Origin: Podarcis gaigeae
Taxonomy: Eukaryota
Direction: 5' to 3' (one strand)
NCBI GenBank assembly: GCA_964106915.2
Contig: OZ066916.1
Length of the DNA: 64,000 nucleotides
Numbering within the stretch: the stretch's first letter is position 1; each line of letters opens with the position of its first letter. The notes beneath the pieces were generated by a model, which worked only from the letters and a program-made list of their open reading frames with translations, did not search any database and had not been told where the DNA came from. The translations under genes and the position numbers were made by a program. Positions 52,308 to 64,000 of the stretch are shown here, piece by piece.

Positions 52308-52643
52308 TGTCGCGTATTTCACGCGGCGCTTTCAGCAGAGACGCTAAGAGTTCCAGGTTTTTCCAGTGCAGTCTTTTTTAATGTGAGCTATATACAGGCA
52401 TATACAAAAGAAACAGTCCATACAGAGTACTTACAAACGAAGACTCTCCACTACAGCACAACCACCACACTACAGCACAACCACCACACCAACCACACCC
52501 ACTGTTAAACAGGCTTTCCTTTTTAAAACAGGTGATAGCCAATCACATTAATCACACTCCTGCTGAGTCACTCTGACTCAGCAGAGTATTGCATCATCCT
52601 GTTGAAGCCTGCAGACTTATCCAGGATCCTGCGAATCCCAACA
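52308..52643 (-). mobile_element. Solo LTR, 336 bp, with 5-bp TSD
   Basis: TGT...ACA termini flanked by GGGAT on both sides (52303-07 and 52644-48). CpG-rich left part. Minus-strand ATTAAA near 52377-82 is a possible poly(A) signal, and there is a CCAAT box; orientation is inferred from these. Confidence 0.8.
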
Positions 52644-55600
52644 GGGATATGGTTGTTTCTGCTTTGGTGAAGTTCAGTTCAGGCATTAAAGGGGGACCAA
52701 GTAGCATATTCTTTTTGGATTTGTACTACTGTAAATCCAGAATAACTGTGTTGTTCTTCGTATGGATGGGTTCAGAATATAGATTCTCTTAGCAATGTAA
52801 ACTGCATGAGTCTGAATACATATAATCTTTTACATGCAGCTGAGTCCTCCATCAGCATTTTCCAGTGCTATCTCTGTATTTGTAATTCATTTTTCATATT
52901 GCTAGTGCTAGCAAAGCATTTTCTCCATATTTCCTCCAGAGCCTTGAGCATGCAAGACTGCTGATGGACTAGGAGCCACTGGCAAGGAAATACAGTTAAC
53001 AGGCATGATGCATTAAAGTGTCAAGCAGGGGAAAACAGGGCAAAAGATTTCAGAAGTCGAAATGCTTAAGTAAAAAATAATAATTCTTGGTAGGGCTGGA
53101 TTTCCCCGTAGCAAATTTAAATATTCACACAGAGCATGCTGAACTGCTACTGCATTGTCTGTATGTTTAACCCATTTGATCTTGAAAGCTTGATTTAAAA
53201 TTATAATAATGTTTAAAAGCACACTCGTGGCATTCACATCTTATACAGCAGAAGGGGTTGAAGCAGCACCATAAATCCTCTTTTTAATTTTATCTCTTCC
53301 TGCGTTTTGAAGTCTGGGGTTGGTCTTTGTTTTTAGCCTTCCCTCTGAGCTGAGATATGATGATTTCTCTACTTGCAGCTGCTGTGCATAACAAGAAGGC
53401 TAATATTCCCATCCACGTTTGTATATGTATGCAAGCCAGGACATTTGTAGATATAAGACTGCCAGTTGTGAATTCCCCACAATAAACTAAACTAAGGTAG
53501 TGATTTATTTATTTTTCAGCCTCATTTGGTGGAGGAATTGGAAGTGTTATCTTTAGAACAAATCCGACTCACAGTATCGAATTTAGTGTCCTGTGGAACA
53601 TTGGTGTAAAACTTTACCTGCTGGTAATGAAAGAAGCAAGATTTGTGGAGGGTGTTTCATGTTAGGTGCAGTAGCATCCTAATTTCTATAATTAATTACT
53701 GTTTTTGTTTTTGTTATGTCCCTACCAGAGCAGCTAGCAACAATATCATAGCACAGTAAAATATCACAAAACAATAATTCAGTAACAAATCAGAGATAAT
53801 ACAAAGGACTGTTAGTCATTCCTATTAAAGTGTGCAGCTAGGTACCAGGTCTTACAGTAGTTCTTCCTTTACACTGAATCCTCATCCTAGTATTTTCATA
53901 TTTAGTGATCCAAGGGATCTTAGTAAATAAAACTGAAACACATCCATTAGTATTGCTTGGATACCCAAGCAATAACTTCCAATCAGAGCAGCTATGTTTC
54001 AGCTTCCAAAAACAAATCCCCTTGTAGACTCAGTTGGATGAAATGGAGTTTGCTTCTTGGCCTAAGTGATTGCATAGTGTTACTATGAACTGTTAAACAG
54101 CTGCTCCTCTTTGCCTCAAAGCTGGCTTCAATTCATTAATGGGTGGATTGATTCCTGTAGTTGTAAGTGACTTTCGAATTAAAGATAAAATATATATCCT
54201 AGTTGCTATTTTGTTTTTCAGCTGAACAGCAAGCAAAATTCATGGGATATTTTTTTTTTAATATAACCCACGCCTTTCCCTTACCAAAAATACCAAACTA
54301 TTTTCTTGCAGCTGGAACTTTTCTTTCTGTTTCTGGAACATACCTTTTGTTCTTTTTCTTTTTTTTACAGAATACATTACGAAGTTCAAGAAAATGCCAT
54401 AAGGTAGTTTTAGCACCTAAAAATACATGGAGTTTTAGATATAGCAGCATGATAGCTTATTTTGATTTGTTTTCTATTCTAACAATGTTTTTAAAACATC
54501 TTGTTTCAGATTTGTATGCTAGGTAGGAAGGTAATAGTTTTATTTTATTTTTAGCTATAAGCCATAACAAAACAGAAATAACATTCAGAGTTGAGCCACA
54601 AATTTAGCTCTTAATTTCCTGGCCACTAGCTTAGGCAACTTTATATGAGGTAAGGCAACATGAGGGGCTGGGGTGTATGTCAAATTTTGGGCTCTCCCCC
54701 GCCCCCCCGCTCTCCAGTGCAGTGTGTGACCCGCAGGTTCCGTGTCAAAGTACTGTACTCTTGCAGCCCATTTGACATGAAAGGTTAGACTGCCCTGATC
54801 TAGAGGAACCCTCCACTTTGTTTTGTGTGTCTTATAACTAAGGGGGGGGGGGAATAAGTCTGCTCTCTGTTTATGTATTACTGTTGTAGTAGTTGTAGCC
54901 GCCGAAGTATACTGCTAGAACACTGGGTCTGATTGCAGGAAACCCGGGATAAAACCCTTCTTTGTCCATAAAGCTCGTTTGTATGTTCTGTTTTTGAGAG
55001 ATGGCCTCAGGAGTGCATAGTAGAGGCTTCAGTTGAACCCTGAACAGCTAAATGCAGGGCTTCAGCTGGAGTCTCCATAAGAACAGGGCTCAGACTTTGT
55101 TATTACAGAAGCAGTCATCCTTAGTCTTAGCCTTAAATGGGAGTTGCAACCCTGTCTTACTAGCTAGCTACTCCTTCTGTGAGATGAGCAGAGAAGACTG
55201 TGGTTCTCTTAGCACTTCTGAGCTGGAGTCCTTCATTCCCTGAAGAAGGGGAATTTGACTCCAGAGTTATTTATGATTTATGATTTATAGCCTCAATCTT
55301 ACCTGCTTGACGGGATTATTGTGATGCTACCCCTTGCATAGCTGTACAGCAGACCAAACAGCCTGCATTACTAACTACCAAACAAGTGAAAGAATACACA
55401 GCTGGGCTGTGTTTCTGCAACTTTTAGGTATTTAGAGTAGCATTTTCCTTTCCATGTCACTGCATCAATTCTATTGTGTTTGCTGTGTTGGCAGCCAACT
55501 AAAATTTACTCTGAAAATATTTGAGTCTTTGACATGCTGGCATGAACAGATCCCAAGTGTTTGTATAGTTTTTTCCAGTGTGCTGACATCACAGTGGCCA

Positions 55601-56707
55601 ACCACAAACAATGCAATGAATCCATTTGAAATTGTATGACTGCTGATATGAGAAATAGGACAATGGTAAAAACTCACCAAAAATGTGCATTTCCTTAATG
55701 AAAACACTTTTTTAATTCCTTGGGAATTGAATAATAAAAATATGTGCCTGTGAGCTTAGCTTCACATTTCCCTGACTGAACTCACCCCTTGCCTAAACTA
55801 AACTAATTTTTATATAAAAAATGATCAAATAGAAATTTTATTTATTTATTTACACTTGAGATGTGCGTTTTCAGAACACACCCTGTTGCTTTTACTATAG
55901 GCCAATTGAAATGGTTTCTAAATTCTGAATTTTAAATTGTTGTGACCTGCTCAGGGACCTGCTGGTGGAGGGTATATAATAACAACAATAATAATCTCCT
56001 ATTATTGTTGTTATCATTATTACTATTACTTTGTGTGGTGCTGGTGATCCATAAATGAACATTCTTGACATTAGATTTGCGACAGTGTTTTACCAAATTT
56101 GAGCTAGCTTGGTCTGGTTCACCCATCCTATGAGCCAGGAAACACTGGGTGCTTTGGGAGCGGGGGTAATATCTGGCGGATTCATTACTGTCTGCATTGA
56201 AGAGCACATCCCCGTATGCACAATGCTTAGTTCATGCTGCACAGGCAAAGGGAAGGTATTGTTTTGTAGTTTTTGTTTTAAAACTTGTTATTTTAATCCT
56301 GTATTTTATTCTGCCCTGGGAGCTTGCGACGAAGGGCGGTATATAAATTTAATAAATAAAAATAATAAATATATTTGGATTCTCAGAAGTAGTCTGAGAG
56401 AAGCTGCTGTACCTTATTTATTTTCATTATAACCACAAATTAGTGCACATTTCTTTGGTGCATGGTCACTAAGCCACCTGCTCCAGGTTAATTCTGTTTA
56501 CATGCTGTCAAGCGTAGCTCTAACTTGAATGTCATAGTAGCGTCTACATCTATCACATCTATCAGGCAAACCAGCTACTGTACGCTCTAATGCTTTGATC
56601 CTCTTGCAGGCGCAGGAGTTCCCAAAGTGCATACACAGGGCTTCATTTCAGTGTAGTGGGCAGCTTTTCCATGTCCAAAGGGATGTGCACATGGTGCTGT
56701 TTCCTCT

Positions 56708-56900
56708 CTAGCTCAATGGAAGTATGCATGCTTTATCTGCATAAGACCAGTGTCAGCCCCCAGCATCTTCAGTTAAAGCATCTCAGGTAGCAGGTATGAG
56801 AAAATAACTCTGCATGCAGCCCAAAAGAACTGCTGTGTTAGACAATATTCATTTGATAGATGGCCCAACGGTCTGAGTCTCCATGAGGCAGCTGCATATA
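56708..56900 (+). mobile_element. Degenerate tRNA-derived SINE (same family)
   Basis: TAGCTCAATGG A-box, CAGCATCT and a GATGG-CCAA-GGTCTGA-TC...AGGCAGCT tail. Confidence 0.55.
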
Positions 56901-58319
56901 CATCTGTATCATGAGGAAATCTACACACCCATACAGGGGCTTCATGAGCGCATTAGAGGGCGCATGTAGCTCTGGCTTCATTGCTTGCTTGCATGCCTGT
57001 TCTGATATCTTTTAAACTAGCATTCTGTTCTTAAGAAAATCAGTTCTTACAATTCATATTTACGTTCTGACAGCATTATAGTTAACAGAGTGAGAGCTCG
57101 TCCTCTTCTCCTTCTCCATCCTCTCTCTCTCTTGCACTCCACTGCTTTCTTTGATAGCAATATCTTCCTTGGAAGCTTCATGTTGTGGCAAGCAAGTAAA
57201 GCCATAGCAAAATTATACGTGCGAGTGTAAGAGAATCCCAGGAGGAAAATATGTTTGCAGATCTCACCCCCTGAATTGCTCTCATTATAATAGCCCATTT
57301 GATGTCAGGGTATGACAGATTATACGCTTTTTATGGCGAGACCCAGCTCAAGAAAGATTTAAATAAAGTACTTCTGGTTATTGTGCAGGTCAGTGTGTTT
57401 AAATAACAACCCATCAAATCATCCTTTGACATTTAAAAGAGAGAGGAAATATTGTCATGTGGCGGACCTGGTGCAGATAAAGCACAGGGCAATTTGGTCA
57501 GTACACTGATTTGTGAGTGCATCCTAACAGTCATTTTCATGGTTTGTAATCAAGTGGGGCGCCCTTGCAGTGTGTCAGTGTTTTTCAAAAACACCCCTGC
57601 TTAAAATGTTAACACAAATTACCCTCTTGAGATGCTACGATCCAATTCCTTGGTGAAGCTGGCACAAGCTAAACGTTTCAAGCAGTAGGACAAGAAAGAG
57701 ACAGAGCAAATACTATCCTGATAGGCTACAGAGAATAACGAAAGTTATGGCACACATGCAGGCACCAAAAGGTTAGCCTCTGATACTGTGCTTCCTTTCA
57801 GGAAGTATGTTTTTTAGTTATTATTTTTGACCTTCTGAGTAGCTTAGCTGCTTGATGTGAATTAACTGTGGTCCGACTGTTATAGCTGTCCCAGGATGTA
57901 GGTCATGCTGATTTCCTGGCAGCAGTACTACGTGTGGCAATAGGCATGTGCAGGGCAATAGCATCTTCAGAACTCTGTGTACTGTAGGCCCCTATCTTAT
58001 GTCATCCTAGGATTGCGGTACTTTAGCACATTTCCTCCTTGTACCACTCAAATAATGCAAGGAGTCCTGGGCAATGCTGCAGCTACTCCGCATTCTCAGG
58101 TTAACCCAGTTTCCAAGAGAGGGTAGCACTAGTGTTTGGGGAAAAACTGAAGCATAGCTTCTTTACATGTCAGCTAGGTCTTCTCATATTACCTCAGCTG
58201 TGTGAATAGGAGCTGGGTGGGCGCAACCCCCACACTGTCAATGTAATGTACAAAGGGGACTGCTAACTTGTAATGCAGTGCTGGGGGTGTGCTTGCCAAA
58301 GACTCTAGGATGGCACTGG

Positions 58320-58755
58320 TGACTGGAAATTGGGTTTCTCATAAACAAATCATGCCAGACAAATCTTGTTTTTGTGTTTTTTTATAGAGTTACAAGGTTG
58401 GAGGAGCAGGGGAATGTACCCAGGAGTAACGTACCTTGATTTCACTAAGGGTTTTGATAGAGTCCCCCATGATATTCTTGGGGAGAAGCTGGTCAAATGT
58501 GGGCAGGATGAGGTAACTGTTAGGTGGATTGGTAGCTGGTTGACTGACCTAACTCAAAAGAGTGCTCACTAATGGTTCCTCATCACCCTGGGGGAAAGTG
58601 GCAAGTGGGGTATTGCAAGGTTCTGTCCTGGACCCGTTGTTGTTAAATGTCTTTATAAACGACTTGGGTGAAGGACTTGAGGGGATGATAAGATGATTTG
58701 CAGATGACACTAAATTGGGATTGGTAGCTAATGCTACAGAATCAGGATTCAATAG
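58320..58755 (+). mobile_element. CR1 LINE reverse-transcriptase fragment
   Basis: Motifs SCQTNL, YLDFTKGFDRVPHDIL, VRWI-SWL, SGVLQGSVL-PLLLNVFINDL and FADDTKLG, with stops and frameshifts. Confidence 0.9.
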
Positions 58756-59422
58756 GCCTCAGTGTTAACATCTTTCAAGTATTATAATTGAATTTGTTTC
58801 CCAGGTGAATGGTTAGGCTTTCATCTGTAAATGCCACAGTTGGTTTAGAAACTGGTTTTTGAAATCTCAACAACTAATATTAATTTAACTTCACATACCA
58901 ATGGAGTTTAGGGTGCAGAGGAGAGACTAAAGGCATATTATCAAGTTCTTTTCAAGCTTTCAGAAAGAGTGGAGCAAATAGCCCTTCAGTTGAAACAGCT
59001 GTGACAGAAACATTCCTCCCTTTCTCCCCTTAACTCCAGTGACCAACAAATAATGCCATGACCTTAAGCATATATAAATATATTTAGCACTTGCTGTGCA
59101 ACATATTTATTGGTGTTTGGTGGCCTGGAGGTTAATCAAAATGAGTCTGGTGATCTCAGCTTCTTTCTTAATGGACTCTACTTCATACTGTAGAATGGAT
59201 GTAACACAGTTTGTCACATTCAGTTATCGTTCTACTCAAAGCAAGAGTACCAGTGAGTCAGAAAGAAAAGATAAATTTCCTTCATGCCCTCAGTCCTGGA
59301 AGCTGCCTGTCACAGGCTATACCATAGGACACTTTAGTCCTCTAGATCTCTATTGTATCCGAAATCAGATTTTTGCATAAAACACATTGTAGGACTCTTA
59401 CCATTTCATGTAAAGGTCCTTC

Positions 59423-59558
59423 CAGTGCTATTTTTCTAGAAGAAGAGGTGCCAGAACTCACCACAAATGCCTCCCTTGTTCTCTTTTAATGGCAGTGGTG
59501 CCCACCTGACAGGTGCCGGAATGGAGTTCTGGCGAGTTCCAGCTGAAAAAAAGCCCTG
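59423..59558. mobile_element. hAT MITE, 136 bp
   Basis: TIRs CAGTGCTATTTTT / CAGGGCTTTTTTT; perfect 8-bp TSD GGTCCTTC. Confidence 0.85.
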
Positions 59559-62076
59559 GGTCCTTCTACTATATTGTAAGCAGAGTGTGGTATGTGCAGT
59601 GTATATATAATAGGCAGGCAAAAAAATACATTAGTACCAAAATTTATATCCAAACTGTTGGGCAGGTAAGATTTGGAATTTTACATTGTCAGATGAGGTA
59701 GATATGTTGAGAGCAGGATTGTAGGTGCCTCATGCCTGGATATTTCTGGTCTTAAGAAGGCCCTAAGTATTTTAACTCTTTTGACTAAATACTAACATGG
59801 AAAAGCTCTTCTACCACTTCCTCCTGTATTTTGCCTATGGGAATTGGTGATCTTTCCTCAGCTATTGTGTCTCCTTCATACTCTCACCTGCTGCCAGGCA
59901 CTCCCAGCTAGGATTTTTGTCACTTCCATGCCCATCTTTGAGCTCTGCTACCCAATTGGCCATCATCCACTCACATCTGGCATGTAGCCCAAGGCCTTTT
60001 TTGTCTAATCTTGTCAGACTCTCAATTTTATCTTATCAGAATAATCAGACATGTCCCTGTACCACTAGAATCTCTTCCTCTGTGACCTAGTCTTTCCTTC
60101 ATAGTTGTAATGGAGCCCCTGTTCCTCCTTTTGCCTCCATCTTTGCTAGCACCAGAGGATTGCACGTCAAGGTAATACCCGTTGCTGCTACAACAAAAGT
60201 AATACCCCTCTTCAAAGTACTGTCCCATACATCTACCTAGGAACTTCCAGATAAGAGATTGGCTTTGTTCTATAGTAAACTTTGCCAACCTGGTGCCATC
60301 CAGAAGACTTTGCCTTCACAAGTCATCATCTAAAATATCTGGAAGTCCAGGTTGGTGAAGACTGTTCTATACTCACAGGAACCTAACCATAATGTGAATA
60401 TAGTTGGGAGAGTAGGTCCTCCGGGACAGGGGTCTGATTTACAGCTTCTAAATTGTATGGGTGACCAATGTGGTTGGAGTTGGCTCAGGGAGAAGTGTGG
60501 CCATGCCCCGCTAAGCCATTAAGCTCAGTCCATTTTCTTGGACCATTCACTATCAAAAAGGACATTTCATTACTGTGTGTTCAGCACATACCGCATTCAT
60601 GCTTTTAATCTATGCCCCAAAATGTAAAAGTTAGGCACCTATCCTTAAAAAAATTAAAAATAATTTTATTTCCCTGTGTGTTACATGACTGATGTATGGC
60701 AAGCAGATGTATGGCAAGCAGAAAAGCAGTTAGTGGGGAAACTTTAGCACTGGTAGAGATATGAAGTGAATAAGCTATGCTAATCAAAGTTTGGTAATCT
60801 GTAACCGATTGAAGCTCCTGAACCTTTTAAGAGGCAGCCCTACTTTTAATATACTGTATTGTAGTTATCCAGCTGGCAGTTTACCAGGACATGGGTAGGA
60901 GATACTGTGTGCAGTCAGATGTCACACTAAACCATAGTTTAGGGTGACAAGAATAAGCCACAGTGAGCCTCAGGGTTGTGCAGTCTCCCCTTTCTTCTGG
61001 TACAGCTGCAAGGAGGACTTTGGGAGCTTTCACTTCAGATTTCTCTTATCTGTTAATGCAGTATCCAAATTGTGTAAGTAGGTCGTGTTAAACTTGTTCT
61101 ACCCTTGTACAAATCAGTAGTATTGCTGTTAATATCATGTCCCATATTTTCTGCTTGTGGTGCACTGTAATTTAGGTTGTATTTTTCAAATATTCTTTCT
61201 GTGTGTATGTCTGCCTTCTTGGTTTGAACTGGTGAACCCTCCAAACAGAGTACAGAAGATAAAATTGCCTTTATGATGGTCTATTTCAGAATTGTAGTTT
61301 CATAATATTATTACACATTGAGTAAAGCTTTGCTTCTCTAATTCTTTCTTTAAATGTGGCTGTGAAATATTGTCCTTTTATATAGATATCCTACCTCCAT
61401 ATCCTGTTTCTTTGGCAGGCAGTCTTAGCTGGAATAAAAAAGTAGGATCACCAGATGAATAAACTTTTCTGCCTTACATGGCGACCCATTGTTAAAGAAG
61501 CTGTCTGGGGGGAGAGAGATTCACATAACGTATCAATAGTATCGGTATATTCATACTGGAGTAAGCAGGGGCAGCACATCCCATTTCACCTCTCAAAGTG
61601 AAACAGGAAGTACCGCCTTGCCCCGCTGCTGCTTTTTCTGCACACACTACCACATTTACTGCTGGTGAAGAAACAGTGCCAAGACGATGGGGCAAGCAGT
61701 ATACTTGCAGGCATGAAACTTGGGGGACTTCTGCCACCTGAGGCAGTGGCCTCACCCTGCCTAACAGCCAGGCCAGCTCTGGGAATAAGATAATGCCTGT
61801 TTATTTCTCTTTAAAAGGCTTTTCTGCTATCATGGAGCCTTCTAAGAAGTTCATATTAATCCATGCAAAGCTTTATATACCCGAAAAGCTATTTGCATAA
61901 GGGCTGTACAAATGTAACAATAATGTCACATGCTGCTATTGGTAGCTTCCCAACCTGGTTTTCAGCAAATCATAGCTTGCCATTTTATCCAAACAGTCAA
62001 ATTGTGTGTTGCTCCTGCTTACAAACCATGATTGCAAACTATTGTGTTATTTCCAAAGAGCTACATTGAGTTAACT

Positions 62077-62212
62077 CAGGCTTCCTCAACCTCAGCCCTT
62101 CAGATGTTTTTGGCTTACAACTCCCATGATTCCTAGCTAGCAGGACCAGTGGTCAGGGATGATGGGAATTGTAGTCTCAAAACATCTGGAGGGCCGAGGT
62201 TGAGGAAGCCTG
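62077..62212. mobile_element. hAT-type MITE, 136 bp (copy 2)
   Basis: Same TIRs as 7888-8023; 8-bp TSD AGTTAACT/AGTTAACC. Confidence 0.92.
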
Positions 62213-63039
62213 AGTTAACCAGATCTGAGTTTACATGAGGATCACTCACCTTTTGATAACTAGCATTTTCAGATACTGTAATGTGTTTTCTGTTTGTGTT
62301 TTTGTATGTAAGGTTTGCCTTGACCACACAATTTATTTCAAGTATATAACTATATAGCATTTGTTAATGCAGAACAGGCCTCTTGTTACAGGGCAAGGAG
62401 ATTGTGTCAACCTAGACTCATGCTGCATAACAGTTTTGCCTGTGTTTTTAGGACAATTTAAAAGATACAAGATTTACATAAGAAAAGCTTGATTTCACGA
62501 CAGTCTTTCAAAGTTATGCCAAATGGTCCTTTTCTTTTTCCCCTCCCTTTCTCATTATCCTTTGGAGAATTGCACAACTGTGCATTTTTAATATTTTTCC
62601 CTACAAGTCATCACAAGCTTCGTCAGGGGAATGGCATTGTATGTCAGTTGTCTCCTTCATATCAAAGGAAATCCTTTGCCTCTTTACAGAAAATGAGGAA
62701 AGTTTGCCTTCCACAGAGCAAAGAACAAAACTGACTTGGAAAGAATTCTCTTTGCTTATGCCACATGTTCTTTACATCTTGGGAGGTTCCCAGGGTATCA
62801 AGAACAAATTTAACCTAGTGTTAACTAGAACACATTTTTACCTACTCCAACATTAAAAAAACACACAAAAACATAGTTTCCTGTTTATCTCTGAATGTTC
62901 AGTTGCAATATTCACATTGGTACAAGTATTTGGGGGGGTGGGTGGGATTCATGTTGCACATGTTGACTGCATTTACAGAGTAGAAAGAAAAATTGCATAT
63001 TTATTTTCTCAATCCTACATGCAGTCCTATACCCCAGAG

Positions 63040-63460
63040 GGATATATGGGAATCCTGTGGAACCACATTGTAAACTATTAATCTCCTGCATAATCTTCTG
63101 AATTTGGCTATCCAGATAGGAGCAGAACCACTGCAAAGTTTCCCCAATTTAAAAAGGATTCAATATTTGAGGATACTGAAAAGGGAAATAAACAACATCA
63201 CCCACCCACTGTCTCTCTCCTAACAAAGGTGATCATACAGGGTGATCCAAGGCAGTCTCAGTGCCAAATCCAGGCCTAAACCTCAACTGAAATGAACCAG
63301 AGAATCATCCTAACCCAAAAGAGCCTGGACCTGGAGCTCTTGCCCAGGAAGGGGGCTTTTGCGGTTGGTTTATGATTATTTAGATTTTCCAGGTGCAAAT
63401 AAGGATTTTTCAGAAGTGTCTGCACCACAACCTTTTTTAGGCAGCCTGGGACCATCTCTT
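63040..63460 (-). mobile_element. Degenerate L2/CR1-clade LINE fragment
   Basis: Minus-strand FRPGFGTETAL--LYD-L (about 63230-63290) and LQWFCSYL-----K motifs. Ends are approximate. Confidence 0.6.
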
Positions 63461-64000
63461 CTCATAATAAGGCATTAATCACCTTGGCCCAATCAGTCAT
63501 CCTGCCCATACAAGATTTCATAAGCTAGGAAAGGCAAGGATCAAACATGCAAGTGGCTTCACAGATCTGCTCAAAGATCTTGTTCACATCCTCAAGCTGC
63601 ATCAATTGGAACTAATCCAACAATACTGGACCAGATAGCACATTGGACACCTCAAGTCGACCTACCAAAACTCTGGAGTCCAGATCATAGTGGATGCAAG
63701 CAAAGTTATCATGTTTTGCAAACAAAATGCAGGAGGCATTTGGTTATTCCAAAATCTTATTAGGGCTAGAATGCTATAGACCACCCAGAGAAGCTTTGCT
63801 AAACAGAAGTGAAAGTATGTAATGGAGGCAGTGAGAAAACATGTATTCATCTTTGCCGCCACAGAGTACCATTGAGAATGAGCACATACTAGTGATCAGT
63901 TTCATGTGTCAGCTTGTGTTCAAGTAATCTCTCAGCTTTCTTCATCACCCTCAACTCCAGGGTATTCCATGAAGCTACCCAAGCTTTTCTAAGTGAGGGA

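Noticed and set aside
1-64000. The many 60-150 aa ORFs in the six-frame track
   Set aside because: Apart from those overlapping ARID1B exons or TE remnants, they show no recognisable domains, often start at non-ATG codons and have the lengths expected by chance in intronic DNA.
46973-64000. Next ARID1B exon (QGSFPGMNQ...) and the ARID domain exons
   Set aside because: I could not find a matching in-frame segment with splice sites by eye; it probably lies beyond the window end.

Overview
Vertebrate genomic DNA, AT-rich and almost entirely intronic. The repeat complement (tRNA-derived SINEs, hAT and Tc1/mariner-pogo MITEs, CR1, L2, RTE and L1 fragments) looks like a squamate, probably a lacertid lizard; this is an inference from recalled repeat types. 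The window lies inside ARID1B (BAF250B, SWI/SNF subunit) on the + strand. Three internal coding exons (90, 180 and 328 nt) match the low-complexity region upstream of the ARID domain. A fourth, 129-nt in-frame phase-2/2 exon follows AANSAQSR and is absent from the canonical human protein as I recall it. Nearly all ORFs in the six-frame track are intronic noise. The most notable non-genic items are: (1) a 1554-bp internally deleted Chapaev-type (Transib/RAG1-related) DNA transposon whose two ends share a CAC heptamer and four conserved blocks, separated by 22-bp versus 12-bp spacers; (2) an internally deleted L1-like element with a 16-bp TSD carrying CTCF and YY1 motifs; (3) a solo LTR with a palindromic double ARE/MARE site; (4) a perfect 33-bp-arm hairpin; (5) a candidate recursive splice site. 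I see no prokaryotic-style systems (CRISPR, operons) and cannot establish a new biological system from the sequence alone.
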